Shown here in pieces: positions 8,391 to 18,109 of a stretch of DNA of 64,000 nucleotides (positions are counted from its first letter, which is position 1; every line of letters starts with the position of its first letter). The translations under genes and the position numbers were made by a program. The DNA is from Candidatus Saccharimonadota bacterium (GTDB taxonomy: Bacteria; Patescibacteriota; Saccharimonadia; Saccharimonadales; JACDBH01): positions 98,385 to 162,384 of the forward strand of contig JAQGGW010000008.1 in NCBI GenBank assembly GCA_028289135.1. The letters run 5' to 3'. The notes under the pieces were generated by a model, which worked only from the letters and a program-made list of their open reading frames with translations, was not told the DNA's origin and did not search any database.

Positions 8391-10943
8391 TTACAGATTG
8401 AACGAGTCGATTTCGGTGGTAATTTGATGCAGCTTGGCTTCGGACTCTTCCAACTGGGCGCGGGTTTCAGCTACCAGCTTTTCGGGCGCGCTTTCAACGT
8501 AAGCCTTGTTGCTCAGGCGGCCCTTTAGACGCTCAACGCTCACAGCTTCGGCCGATTGTTTTTCTTCAAGCTTGCTCAAGTATTTTTGGGCGGTATTCGC
8601 GTCGACAATAATCCAGGCTTCAAAAGGCGCTCTCGTTAGGCGTAATCCATTGGCTTCTAAGCCCTTTTCGACGCTTCCAAGCCGCGCCAGACGCATAATC
8701 AGCCCAGCATGCATTTCGAGGAATTCCGAGCCCTTGTAGCCCAATATAGGCTTGCTGAGGCCAATGTTGGCAATAATGGTGCGGCATTCAACAACCATTG
8801 TTTGTATAGTTTCGAAGTCTCTGGCCTTTTTCGGGTCAGCAGCCAGGCTAATTTCTGGCCAGGAAGAGGTAATTAGCAAGCTATCGCCTTCCCACTTGAG
8901 CGTCTGCCAAATGGTTTCAGTAACAAAGGGCGCGAAAGGATGGGCTAGCTTCAGCAAGTTTTCCAAGAAATAAGCCAGCAGGCCCGGATTTGGCGTGGCT
9001 TTGCTAGCTTCCAAGTACCAGTCGGCAAAGTCGTCCCACACAGTGTGGTAGAGCGAATCGTAGGCTTCAGAAAATCGGTAGTTGTCTAAATCGGACGTAA
9101 CCCTCTCTGTTAATTGTTGTAACTTAGTCAACATCCAGTGGTCGGCGATTGAAAGGACCTCAGGCGTTTTGCGGGCTTCAAAATCGTCGCCAATGACGTC
9201 TTCAATATAGCGGGCAACGTTCCAAAGTTTGTTACAAAAGTTGCGTGCTGCCTGGATTTTGCCTGGGGCGAATGACGCGCTTTCGCCAGGTGACCGGCCG
9301 GCAATAATACCCATGCGTACGGCGTCTGAACCAAATTCTTTTAGCAGGGCGCCGTTATCAACGGTGTTGCCAATTGACTTGCTCATTTTGGTGCCGTCTT
9401 CGGCTCGGATATAGCCATGGATATAGACTTCTTTAAATGGGATGTCGTCGGTGACGTATAGGCCAAGCATAATCATGCGTGAAACCCAGGGGTATAAGAT
9501 GTCGCCGCCCGTTTCCATTAGGCTTAAGGGGTAGAACTTATCAAAGTCTTCACTCGGGTAATTGAGAGTGGCGTACGGCCAGCTGGAGCTGCTAAACCAG
9601 GTGTCAAACACATCTGGATCCCGGTGGTAGGTTTTGCCGTTTTTTTCAATGATTTCTTGGTCTGTATTGGTCTCAAAAATCCAATCGTCGCTGTCGTCAA
9701 CGTTCTGGAAAGCGGGGATTGGGATGCCCCAGGCAATCTGGCGGCTAATGTTCCAGTCTTTTAGGCCTTCTAGATAGGTAATCAGCTGGGTGCGCTTGCT
9801 GTCAGGGTAGAAATTAATCTTTTTAGCTTGGAGCGCTGCTATGGCCCTTTTGGCCAACGGCTGCATGTCGACAAACCACTGCTGCATTAGCATTGGCTCG
9901 ATGACCGTGCCGCACTTATAGCACTTCCCTACTCTGTTATGGTAGTTTTCGTCGACCTTAATAAGCAGGCCTTTTTCTTTCATGGCTTCGGCAACGGCCA
10001 AGCGTGCTTCCATGACCGTCATGCCGCGGTACTTCCCTGCTTTTTCGTTCATGGTGCCGTCGTGTTCGATAACCCTAACAACAGGCAAATTGTGGCGCTT
10101 TGCGACCTCCCAGTCATCAAAAGAATGGGCTGGAGTAATCTTCACTACCCCTGTTCCAAACTCCATATCAACCATTTCATCGGCAATTACCATAACGTCA
10201 AACGGCCCGTTTACTCCCTCAACTGTAACGGTCTTGCCTACCCATTTGCTGTAGCGTTTGTCATCCGGATGAACGGCCACGGCGGTGTCGCCAAACTTGG
10301 TTTCTGGGCGGGTAGTGGCCAGCTCAAAAGGACCGTATTTTATGTAATACAGCGGGGACACTGCGTCGCTATATTCAACCTCAATGTCGGCAAAGCCGGT
10401 GCGGTGGAATGTGCAGTAGTTAACCAGCCGTTCACCCCTGTAAATAAGCTTTTCGTCCCACATTTTTTTGAAGGTTTTATAGGCCCTGTCGACTATCTTT
10501 TTATCAAGCGTAAAGGTGAATCTTGACCAGTCGACAGATGCGCCCATTGTGCGCAGCTGGGCTTCAAAATTGTCTCTGTTAAGGGCAACAAAATCCCAAA
10601 TGTCCTTATAAAGCTCTTCCCGGCTAAAATCAAAGCGGCTTTTGCCTTCTTTGGCAAGGTGTTTTTCGTATACCGCCTGGGTTTCAAAGCCGGCATGGTC
10701 CGCCCCTGGCAAAAGTAATGCGGCTTCGCCCTTCATACGGTGGTAACGGACTGGGATGTCTTCTAAAACGGCGGTAAATTCGTAGCCAATGTGCATGTTT
10801 GCGTTGGCGTTGGGCGGCGGCATAACAATGCTATAGGTCTTGTCGCTACCCCTGTTTTTAGGTGTAAACGCCCCGCTCTTTTCCCACAAGTCATAGATAT
10901 CTGACTCGTATTCTCCCGGCTCGTAGGTCTTCGACAAATTCAT
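8391..10943 (-). CDS. valS: Valine--tRNA ligase
   Basis: PPPN..MHIG (HIGH), DWNISRQ, DTWFSS, KMSKS, C-terminal coiled-coil arm. Confidence 0.97.
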   Translation of the reverse strand: MNLSKTYEPGEYESDIYDLWEKSGAFTPKNRGSDKTYSIVMPPPNANANMHIGYEFTAVLEDIPVRYHRMKGEAALLLPGADHAGFETQAVYEKHLAKEGKSRFDFSREELYKDIWDFVALNRDNFEAQLRTMGASVDWSRFTFTLDKKIVDRAYKTFKKMWDEKLIYRGERLVNYCTFHRTGFADIEVEYSDAVSPLYYIKYGPFELATTRPETKFGDTAVAVHPDDKRYSKWVGKTVTVEGVNGPFDVMVIADEMVDMEFGTGVVKITPAHSFDDWEVAKRHNLPVVRVIEHDGTMNEKAGKYRGMTVMEARLAVAEAMKEKGLLIKVDENYHNRVGKCYKCGTVIEPMLMQQWFVDMQPLAKRAIAALQAKKINFYPDSKRTQLITYLEGLKDWNISRQIAWGIPIPAFQNVDDSDDWIFETNTDQEIIEKNGKTYHRDPDVFDTWFSSSSWPYATLNYPSEDFDKFYPLSLMETGGDILYPWVSRMIMLGLYVTDDIPFKEVYIHGYIRAEDGTKMSKSIGNTVDNGALLKEFGSDAVRMGIIAGRSPGESASFAPGKIQAARNFCNKLWNVARYIEDVIGDDFEARKTPEVLSIADHWMLTKLQQLTERVTSDLDNYRFSEAYDSLYHTVWDDFADWYLEASKATPNPGLLAYFLENLLKLAHPFAPFVTETIWQTLKWEGDSLLITSSWPEISLAADPKKARDFETIQTMVVECRTIIANIGLSKPILGYKGSEFLEMHAGLIMRLARLGSVEKGLEANGLRLTRAPFEAWIIVDANTAQKYLSKLEEKQSAEAVSVERLKGRLSNKAYVESAPEKLVAETRAQLEESEAKLHQITTEIDSFNL

Positions 10944-11223
10944 AAGGCCAGTATACAGGATGTTATTAACAGTTAACAGGGGTAAATTAGGTTTCTATCT
11001 GCCCTGCTATCTTAAAGAGATTTTTCACATGAAACAAAAAAATACTAGGCCGCAATCACCTTCACGTGAAACCGGTTGTTGTATTTATTACCGAATTTAC
11101 CACCACTCTTCTCCGAGATCCCTACCGAAGAAAGACGTTTTGTTTGATGTACTACCGCTGTTAACGGCCCTAAACTTTTTGTTTTCATACTAAGCATAAG
11201 CCTAACTTTCACGGCATGCAAGA

Positions 11224-11252
11224 TTGACAAAGCATAAGAATAATGCTATTAT
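11224..11252 (+). promoter_or_regulatory. Sigma70 promoter of the orphan gene
   Basis: TTGACA-17 bp-TATTAT with extended TG; spacer contains AGCATAAG. Confidence 0.75.
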
Positions 11253-11255
11253 GTA

Positions 11256-11561
11256 ATGATGACTATGACAACGCCAGAAATGAGGGATTTGAACCCACCA
11301 GACATGGCTCTTATTGATCTTGTGCCGGGGAACCCTATGGATAATGACTTGCTGAGACTAAGGGATTTTAAAGTCAGGGGAAATGCAGTAATGGCTGTAA
11401 TGATTTTAGCAGAGGTGGCTATAGGGTTTGACCTAGCTAGACGAGCTCTCCATGGCGAATTTGATTTCGTTGAAGCGGGCTTAGCGGTTGGCTTAGGTGT
11501 AGTAGGTGTAAGCACCGCAGAATTTATTGATAATAGAAGAGAACCTACATCGACAAGTTAG
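11256..11561 (+). CDS. Orphan small membrane protein
   Basis: ORF with two hydrophobic segments directly behind a consensus promoter. Confidence 0.55.
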   Translation: MMTMTTPEMRDLNPPDMALIDLVPGNPMDNDLLRLRDFKVRGNAVMAVMILAEVAIGFDLARRALHGEFDFVEAGLAVGLGVVGVSTAEFIDNRREPTSTS

Positions 11562-12606
11562 GTTGGATGTCGAGAGAGTAGGGGTCGGCAGTTGGCTGGT
11601 CGTGCATGGCTTTAAAGCAACCGAGGGTGGCGATCATGGCGCCATTATCGGTGCAGAGTTTGGGGTCCTGGTAAGTAATTTCAATCGGAAGTCGCTCTTT
11701 AAGCTGTTTACGAAGCTCGGGGCTGGCAGCAACGCCGCCAGCTATCACCACCGAAGCAGGGGAGAATTCTTCAAACGCTTGGATCGTCTTATCAACTACA
11801 GTTTCCAGGGCTACGCGCTGGAATACGGCGGCAATGTCGGCCTTCTGGGCCTCATTTAAGGCCTCTGGCAGTCTGTATGAAGGGAAGGTGAAGTCTTTGC
11901 CAACTGCGGCTTGAGCATGCCTTAAAACGGCGGTTTTGGGTCCAGAGAAGCTAAAGTCATACTTATTTGGCATCTTGGCCTTTGGCAATGTAAATGCATG
12001 GGGGTTTCCTTCGCGCGCTTTTTTCTCTACCGATGGGCCGCCAGGGTAGGGGAGTCCGAGAATTTTTGCGACTTTATCAAATGCCTCGCCAACGGCATCG
12101 TCTTGCGTTTGGCCAAGAAGGGTGTAGTCAAAGTGGTCACGAAAAAGAACCAGCTGGCTGTGCCCGCCAGATACTATCAGGCTTAAACAAGGGAATACTG
12201 GGCTAGTAGCTGGCAATATGTAGCCGGACAGGGAAGTGCTGGTTAAAAAGTTGGCATAAACATGGCCCTCAACATGGTTAACGGCGTAGAGAGGCTTGTT
12301 TTTAGTAATAGCCAGGGTGCGGGCGGTCATAACGCCCACCAGCAGTGATCCGCCAAGCCCGGCGCCATAGGTTACGGCAATGCCGTCAATATCATCCCAG
12401 CCCAGCTTTGAGTCTTTTAAAGCCTGCTCCAAAACAGGGATAATCGACTCAATATGGCTGCGCGCGGCAATTTCCGGCACGACGCCGCCGTACATAACAT
12501 GCAGATCCATCGAGCTTAAAACGGCGTTGGCCAAAAGCTCGCTGCCATCCCGTACAATTCCGACGGCCGTTTCGTCACAGCTGGACTCGATTCCCAAAAT
12601 TATCAT
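11545..12606 (-). CDS. tsaD: tRNA N6-adenosine threonylcarbamoyltransferase
   Basis: GIESSCDET, HVEGH, VSGGHS, DDAVGEAFDK, DNGAMIA. Confidence 0.97.
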   Translation of the reverse strand: MIILGIESSCDETAVGIVRDGSELLANAVLSSMDLHVMYGGVVPEIAARSHIESIIPVLEQALKDSKLGWDDIDGIAVTYGAGLGGSLLVGVMTARTLAITKNKPLYAVNHVEGHVYANFLTSTSLSGYILPATSPVFPCLSLIVSGGHSQLVLFRDHFDYTLLGQTQDDAVGEAFDKVAKILGLPYPGGPSVEKKAREGNPHAFTLPKAKMPNKYDFSFSGPKTAVLRHAQAAVGKDFTFPSYRLPEALNEAQKADIAAVFQRVALETVVDKTIQAFEEFSPASVVIAGGVAASPELRKQLKERLPIEITYQDPKLCTDNGAMIATLGCFKAMHDQPTADPYSLDIQPNLSM

Positions 12607-12685
12607 GCCTCAAGCATAGCAGAACAGATGTGGAAACTTAAAGTGCTATTGCGTTTATGTCATGCTTATGCTATTATATATAATT

Positions 12686-13234
12686 ATGCCAGGGAATATG
12701 TACTCCAACCCTAATCCAGAGCAATTGTCTTCGAATGGCTTTGCAAAAGCTATTCTTACGCGGGCAGAAATGCAGCTTAGACGTGCTTCAGAGAAGTTGA
12801 TGACTCCTGAAGAATATAATGAACACCCAAGCGTGGTGCATGTATTTTATCTTGTGACGAATACCGATGCGCCTAGGGATCCTCTTTTAGTAGATGAGCG
12901 TACTTATGAGACTCATCAGTTAAGATTTCTTGGCAGGGTCGTACGTGAGATTACCTTTTCTAAAGACGAAGGTGATATTTCTTTTAGCGTACAGATGCAA
13001 AAAGATGCCGATTGCGAAGTGGGGCCAGGTGAGCGAATTCCAAGAGACATAGAGCTTTCGAGCAATCCGGACGGTGTGTTTATTAATTACGCACCCGTTG
13101 AACTGGCACTTGCTATGGAAGAGCGGCCAATTTTAGTTATGGATGAAATGTTTCCGCAAACACCAAAAGAGGGCAATATTTTGGAACGGCTTAGCCTGAT
13201 AATGGATGAAATCGAACTAGCCAAGGTGATATAG
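12686..13234 (+). CDS. Orphan hypothetical protein
   Basis: ORF; start moved to ATG 12686, downstream of TTGCGT-17-TATTAT (12649-12677). Confidence 0.6.
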   Translation: MPGNMYSNPNPEQLSSNGFAKAILTRAEMQLRRASEKLMTPEEYNEHPSVVHVFYLVTNTDAPRDPLLVDERTYETHQLRFLGRVVREITFSKDEGDISFSVQMQKDADCEVGPGERIPRDIELSSNPDGVFINYAPVELALAMEERPILVMDEMFPQTPKEGNILERLSLIMDEIELAKVI

Positions 13235-13287
13235 CCGCCATTTACCTTACGTAAACATCTTGGACGTTTTACCGTATAATCTTTAGC

Positions 13288-14646
13288 ATGAGTTCAGTCA
13301 GAAGCCTCATTAAGAAGGTCGTTCCATCCAAGTTATTCCGTGATATTGAGCCATATGGGCACTTGCTTGAGGCCATGGCCGAAGAAGCGGCCGCCGGTTT
13401 TCCGGCCAAAAATATGAAAGTGATCGGCGTAACAGGGACGGACGGCAAAACCAGCACGTGCACGCTTATTAGCGCCATGCTGCGGAACGCGGGCTACAAA
13501 GTGGCTATGATGACGACAATTTCTATCGATTACGGCGACGGCGTTTTGCACGACAATCCAACCCGTCTTACTTCTTTGGGTTCGGCCCAGCTTATCAAGC
13601 GTTTAAAGCAAATTAAGGCCAAAAACCCCGATTGGCTGGTGCTTGAAACAACTTCTCACGCTCTTGCTCAGCACCGTGTCTGGGGCGTGCCATACAGCAT
13701 TGGTGTTATGACAAACGTCGGGCACGAACATCTGGATTACCACCGGACGTTTGAGCGCTACCGTGACGCCAAAAAGATGCTTTTTAAGCACGTGAATTCC
13801 AACAAAAAGGGCCTGCGGGTTGGGATCGCTAATGCCGATGATCCAAGCGGTGCTTTGTTTGCGGCTGCCGTAAAAAACCCGGTTTTATATGGGGTGGATA
13901 AGGGTGATCTTAAGGCTATAGATATTAAACCAACTCCAAGCGGGTCAACTTACATAGCAACTATTGGTAGCGAAACGTTCAACATTACTTGCCATCTGCC
14001 AGGGTCATTTAATGTCTATAACTCCTTGGCTTGCGTGGCCGTAGGGCGGGCAATTGGCCTCAGTAAAGAGCAAATAGAGCAGGGGATAGCGAGCCTAAAC
14101 AGCGTAGAAGGCCGCATGACACGCGTTGACGAAGGCCAGGATTTTGACGTTATTGTCGACTACGCCCACACGCCCGAAAGCTTCGAAAAAGTTATTAAAG
14201 AAGTCCGCCCACTGGTAAAGGGCCGGATTATCACGGTGTTTGGATCAGCTGGCCGCAGGGACATCGAAAAGCGCGCCGCCCAAGGCGAAGTTGCCGGCCG
14301 TTTAGGCGATATTGTTATTCCAACAGAGGAAGATGACCGTGATATTGATGGCAATGAAATCCTGGAACAAATAGCCAGCGGAGCTGAAAAAGCCGGCAAG
14401 GTAAAAGGTAAAGACTTATTTTTGATTCTAAAGCGTGAAGAAGCGATTGAAAAGGCGGTTAGCCTCGCCCAAAAGGGCGATATGATCCTGCTGCTAGGCA
14501 AAGGCCACGAAAAATCTATCTTATATAACGGGCCAAAAGCTACTGAATACCGCAGCCGTCCGCAAGACGACACTGACCCTGAGCGGGTGCTAAAACGTGA
14601 CTATGATGAAGTATCTTCCGTAAGCGCGATTCTAAAGAAAAAATAG
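13288..14646 (+). CDS. murE: UDP-N-acetylmuramoyl-tripeptide synthetase
   Basis: GVTGTDGKTST, ETTSHAL, HLDYH, DYAHTP, GKGHE. Confidence 0.93.
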   Translation: MSSVRSLIKKVVPSKLFRDIEPYGHLLEAMAEEAAAGFPAKNMKVIGVTGTDGKTSTCTLISAMLRNAGYKVAMMTTISIDYGDGVLHDNPTRLTSLGSAQLIKRLKQIKAKNPDWLVLETTSHALAQHRVWGVPYSIGVMTNVGHEHLDYHRTFERYRDAKKMLFKHVNSNKKGLRVGIANADDPSGALFAAAVKNPVLYGVDKGDLKAIDIKPTPSGSTYIATIGSETFNITCHLPGSFNVYNSLACVAVGRAIGLSKEQIEQGIASLNSVEGRMTRVDEGQDFDVIVDYAHTPESFEKVIKEVRPLVKGRIITVFGSAGRRDIEKRAAQGEVAGRLGDIVIPTEEDDRDIDGNEILEQIASGAEKAGKVKGKDLFLILKREEAIEKAVSLAQKGDMILLLGKGHEKSILYNGPKATEYRSRPQDDTDPERVLKRDYDEVSSVSAILKKK

Positions 14647-14745
14647 TTATCCACCGTTCTCAGCTCGACAGATTGACAAGCCATAAGCTTTTAACGTAGT
14701 GTGGCCTTATAAAGTAATTAAAAAATAACAGATTAGGATAAAACT

Positions 14746-15939
14746 ATGGACGAATCAAAAGGAACCTCATATTCAGTACCTGGCTCAGTGTCTGCAAGCC
14801 ACTTCTTCACGCTAATGCGTGCGGATGGCGACCCTGCTGTCTATATGCTCAACAACCGCGGCGAGCGGTTTCACGTAACCGAAGCTTTAAGTAACGAAAT
14901 GAAGGCTGGCGGCACTTGGTATGACCCAACACCCACAACTGCAGCCGACCTAAATTCACACCCACTCCGCTATGAAGTCAATACGCTGCATAATGTTGAA
15001 AGTATAAATAACCTGCCAATCGCGGCCAATTATATGCTTATTCGAGGTAATGGCGGTCCGTTGGATAACAATACTTTAATTGGCAATGGAAACGCAGTCT
15101 ATGCGGTTGATACGAATGGCAATAAATTTCACGTTACAGAATCTGCCTTCAACGAATTAACAAATGAAAACGGCGGTACACCGCCTGCTGTGGGCATTAT
15201 TGATCAAAGTTCAGTTGACTCAACACCAGTTAGCGGCGCATTAGCTGTTAACCCAGCTGGCGGTGTTCAAACAACAACCGACCAGATTATGGACCAGGCT
15301 CTCGCTTCGGCTATGAATGTTTTGGGTGGCGGTTCAAGCCAGCCTGCATCTGGCGCAACCACTACAGCCACGGGTTATGGCGTTACCTACTCTGTCCCTG
15401 GGCCAACTTCTCCGGACTACGACAGCGACACGTACTCAGTCCCAGGCGGACCAGTATATGACGACTCATATTCAGTTCCTGGAGGACCAGTATATGATGA
15501 CTCGTATTCCGTCCCAACACCATCAGGCTCATATTCTGTCCCAGACCCTAACGACCAAACCACATTGCCAACCACCACACAGGTTGCAGCCGACCCCAGC
15601 AACCCAGACCCAGGAAGCGTCGTCTATACGGACGGACCGTTTGCAGGCTACACCGTAGACCAAGTTAAAGCCTTTACAGACGGCGTTAATGCTGGAGGAA
15701 GCTTTAGCGATAGCGGGCAAGCTGCCGCGGCTTCTGCTAGCGCCGCTCCAACCGCTTCGGCAGTACCAGACCCCGGAAGCGTTGTTTATACAGATGGTCC
15801 GTTTGCAGGCTATACCGTAGACCAAGTCAAAGCCTTTTCTGACGGCGTAAACGCTGGCGGTAGCTTTATCAGCGGTGACTCTTCCTCTGGCATCCCAGCT
15901 GGTGCTCCTCCGATGCCAGGCTACACTAACCCTCAATAA
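14746..15939 (+). CDS. Modular repeat protein A (YSVP repeats, duplicated PDPGSVVYTDGPFAGY module)
   Basis: Long ORF with its own promoter; shares modules with 16109-18103; no signal peptide seen. Confidence 0.75.
   Translation: MDESKGTSYSVPGSVSASHFFTLMRADGDPAVYMLNNRGERFHVTEALSNEMKAGGTWYDPTPTTAADLNSHPLRYEVNTLHNVESINNLPIAANYMLIRGNGGPLDNNTLIGNGNAVYAVDTNGNKFHVTESAFNELTNENGGTPPAVGIIDQSSVDSTPVSGALAVNPAGGVQTTTDQIMDQALASAMNVLGGGSSQPASGATTTATGYGVTYSVPGPTSPDYDSDTYSVPGGPVYDDSYSVPGGPVYDDSYSVPTPSGSYSVPDPNDQTTLPTTTQVAADPSNPDPGSVVYTDGPFAGYTVDQVKAFTDGVNAGGSFSDSGQAAAASASAAPTASAVPDPGSVVYTDGPFAGYTVDQVKAFSDGVNAGGSFISGDSSSGIPAGAPPMPGYTNPQ
15433..15516 (+). repeat. 36-bp coding tandem repeat (YSVPGGPVYDDS x about 2.3)
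   Basis: Protein-identical repeats with synonymous DNA differences. Confidence 0.85.
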
Positions 15940-15948
15940 ACATTAGCC

Positions 15949-16002
15949 CTAAAGCGTGACTATGACGAAATTAAAGCCATCAAAGCAGTTCTAAAGAAGT
16001 AA
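15949..16002 (+). pseudogene. Orphan copy of the murE 3' end (LKRDYDEIKAIKAVLKK*)
   Basis: Homologous to the murE end 14590-14646 (LKRDYDEVSSVSAILKKK*) and followed by the same promoter block. Confidence 0.85.
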
Positions 16003-16108
16003 AAGTTATCCACCGTTCTCAGCTTCACAGATTGACAAGCCATAAGCTTATTGCTACTGTTGCCTTATAGCAAATAAAAACAAAAATTAAAAAGTTAGGA
16101 ATAGAAAT

Positions 16109-18103
16109 ATGGCACTTTACCCTCTCTCATACGTAAAAAAAGAGATAGCTTCTATGCTCCAGCAAATCGGGCCACAAATTACGGACGATGTAGAAGGCAA
16201 AGACTATCCAAATGGCCTTGGCTCTCCTCAGGAGAGAAGTAATTATACGCAGTCGATGATAAAAAGGGTTAACTCTGCTACATCGGTATCGCAATTGGTC
16301 GGATTCATAAATGGGTTCAATACCGGCGATAAAAAACAGTTGATTGCACTGGCACAAAGTAAAGATACCTGGGCGGATCAGTTTAGTGGAAAGCCAATAA
16401 TCCCATTACCAGCAACTACACTTGCTCCAGCTTCGCAAACTCGTGATGAACATTCAGTTTTTAGTGGATCACCAGCTTCCGCAGCAAGCACTACACCATC
16501 AAACCAGAGTAATGGAGTCACTAGTAATATACCTACACAACCAGACCCTGGACGAATAGCGACTAAAGTTGCGGACTCTATTAACTGGCATGGGCTGTTT
16601 GGTGCATACCAAGATGAATCCCCGCAAGTTATGATGGACCAGTTGTGGAGTAATTATCAGGAATCTGCTAAAGGGGATTTCAGTGGTGCGGAAAGGCAAG
16701 GCTTCCGAGACAGTATTAACGAATTTGTAACTAAACTTAAGAGCAAAGGTATAACTGTAACGCACCCACCTTTCGCAGGGTTTGATACCGGCAAAGACCA
16801 TGACCAGCCCGTCTGGAGTCCAGCTGGCACTACGTCGACACCGGTACCATCTACAAATGACCGTGATCACGATCAAGTCACGTGGTCGGGTTCTGGTGCT
16901 GCTACACCCGCAGCTAACCCGGATAGTAACCCCGATGGAATTGGGAATACCCCGGGCGGTTCCCTTACAGTAGAGCCTCCAGCAACTTCACCAGAAATTG
17001 CTGCGGCAATCGATGAAGCAAATAAGCAGTTAGCAGCTGCTGGAATTACCGCGACTATTACGGATCCTACCTCTGTTCAAAATGTCCGTGACCAGTTATT
17101 CCTACAAATTACGGCAGCTAAAAACGCGGGCGGTACGGCAGACTATGCTGGCGCGCTGAGCAACTGGGATAGTGCTTTGTACTCAAAAGGAATTAGCTTT
17201 GTCCAAAACCATAAAATCAAAAATCCAAAGCCTCCCGTCATTGCCCCGCCCGTCACAACCGTAGATACGGCGACGGCCGCCGCGGCTGGTGCTGCCGCAA
17301 CTCCAGCCGTAACACCATCCGCCTCCGCCCCTGCCAGCCACTTCTTCACCCTCATGCAGGCAGACGGTGACCCAGCTGTATATATGCTTAACAACCGCGG
17401 TGAACGGTTCCATGTTACTCCCAACCTAAAAAACGAAATGATTGCTGGCGGTACATGGTACGATCCACCGCTAACAACTGCAGCCGACCTAAATTCACAC
17501 CCACTCCGCTATGAAGTTAATACGCTTCATAATGTTGAGAGTATTAACAATCCACCAATTGCTGGAAATTTCATGCTAATTAGAGGCTCAGGCGGCGCCG
17601 AAACCGATAACAGTAAGCTTATTGGCAACAGCAATGCTGTCTATGCAGTTGATACTAACGGCAAGAAGTTCCATGTTACAGAATCGGCATATAATGAACT
17701 AGTAAATGAAAGCGGCGGTACGCCGCCGGCTGTTGGCATTGTTGATCAAAGTTCGGTTGATGCCACACCAGTTAGCGGCGCGCTTGCTGTTAACCCTGCT
17801 GGCGGAGTTCAAACAACAACCGACCAGATTATGGACCAGGCTCTTGCTTCGGCTATGAATGTCTTAGGCGGCAGTCCAAGTACAGATAGTGGACAAGCTG
17901 CTGCTAGCGCCGCACCTGCCGCTGCAGCTGTACCCGACCCAGGAAGCGTCGTCTATACAGACGGTCCATTTGCAGGCTACACCGTAGACCAAGTTAAAAC
18001 CTTTAGCGCCGGAGTAAATGCTGGCGGAAGCTTTAGTAGCGGTGACTCCTCTGGAATTCCAGCTGGTGTTCCACCAATGCCAGGCTATACCAATCCTCAG
18101 TAA
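16109..18103 (+). CDS. Modular repeat protein B (unique N-terminal half plus modules shared with protein A)
   Basis: ASHFFTLM.ADGDPAVYMLNNRGERFHVT domain and C-terminal PDPGSVV...PPMPGYTNPQ nearly identical to protein A. Confidence 0.75.
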   Translation: MALYPLSYVKKEIASMLQQIGPQITDDVEGKDYPNGLGSPQERSNYTQSMIKRVNSATSVSQLVGFINGFNTGDKKQLIALAQSKDTWADQFSGKPIIPLPATTLAPASQTRDEHSVFSGSPASAASTTPSNQSNGVTSNIPTQPDPGRIATKVADSINWHGLFGAYQDESPQVMMDQLWSNYQESAKGDFSGAERQGFRDSINEFVTKLKSKGITVTHPPFAGFDTGKDHDQPVWSPAGTTSTPVPSTNDRDHDQVTWSGSGAATPAANPDSNPDGIGNTPGGSLTVEPPATSPEIAAAIDEANKQLAAAGITATITDPTSVQNVRDQLFLQITAAKNAGGTADYAGALSNWDSALYSKGISFVQNHKIKNPKPPVIAPPVTTVDTATAAAAGAAATPAVTPSASAPASHFFTLMQADGDPAVYMLNNRGERFHVTPNLKNEMIAGGTWYDPPLTTAADLNSHPLRYEVNTLHNVESINNPPIAGNFMLIRGSGGAETDNSKLIGNSNAVYAVDTNGKKFHVTESAYNELVNESGGTPPAVGIVDQSSVDATPVSGALAVNPAGGVQTTTDQIMDQALASAMNVLGGSPSTDSGQAAASAAPAAAAVPDPGSVVYTDGPFAGYTVDQVKTFSAGVNAGGSFSSGDSSGIPAGVPPMPGYTNPQ

Positions 18104-18109
18104 AAATTT

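Noticed and set aside
11045..11230. Minus-strand ORF ending ...KVIAA*, like a tmRNA tag
   Set aside because: No tRNA-Ala-like 5' end, T-arm or CCA end around it.
14647..14655. DnaA-box-like TTATCCACC (also 16006-16014) as an origin
   Set aside because: One mismatch and a single box per site; the second copy comes from the duplication; no box cluster or dnaA nearby.
15433..15870. Repeats as a CRISPR array or DGR template/variable pair
   Set aside because: They are in-frame coding repeats with mostly synonymous differences; no spacers, cas genes or reverse transcriptase, and no obvious adenine-specific pattern.
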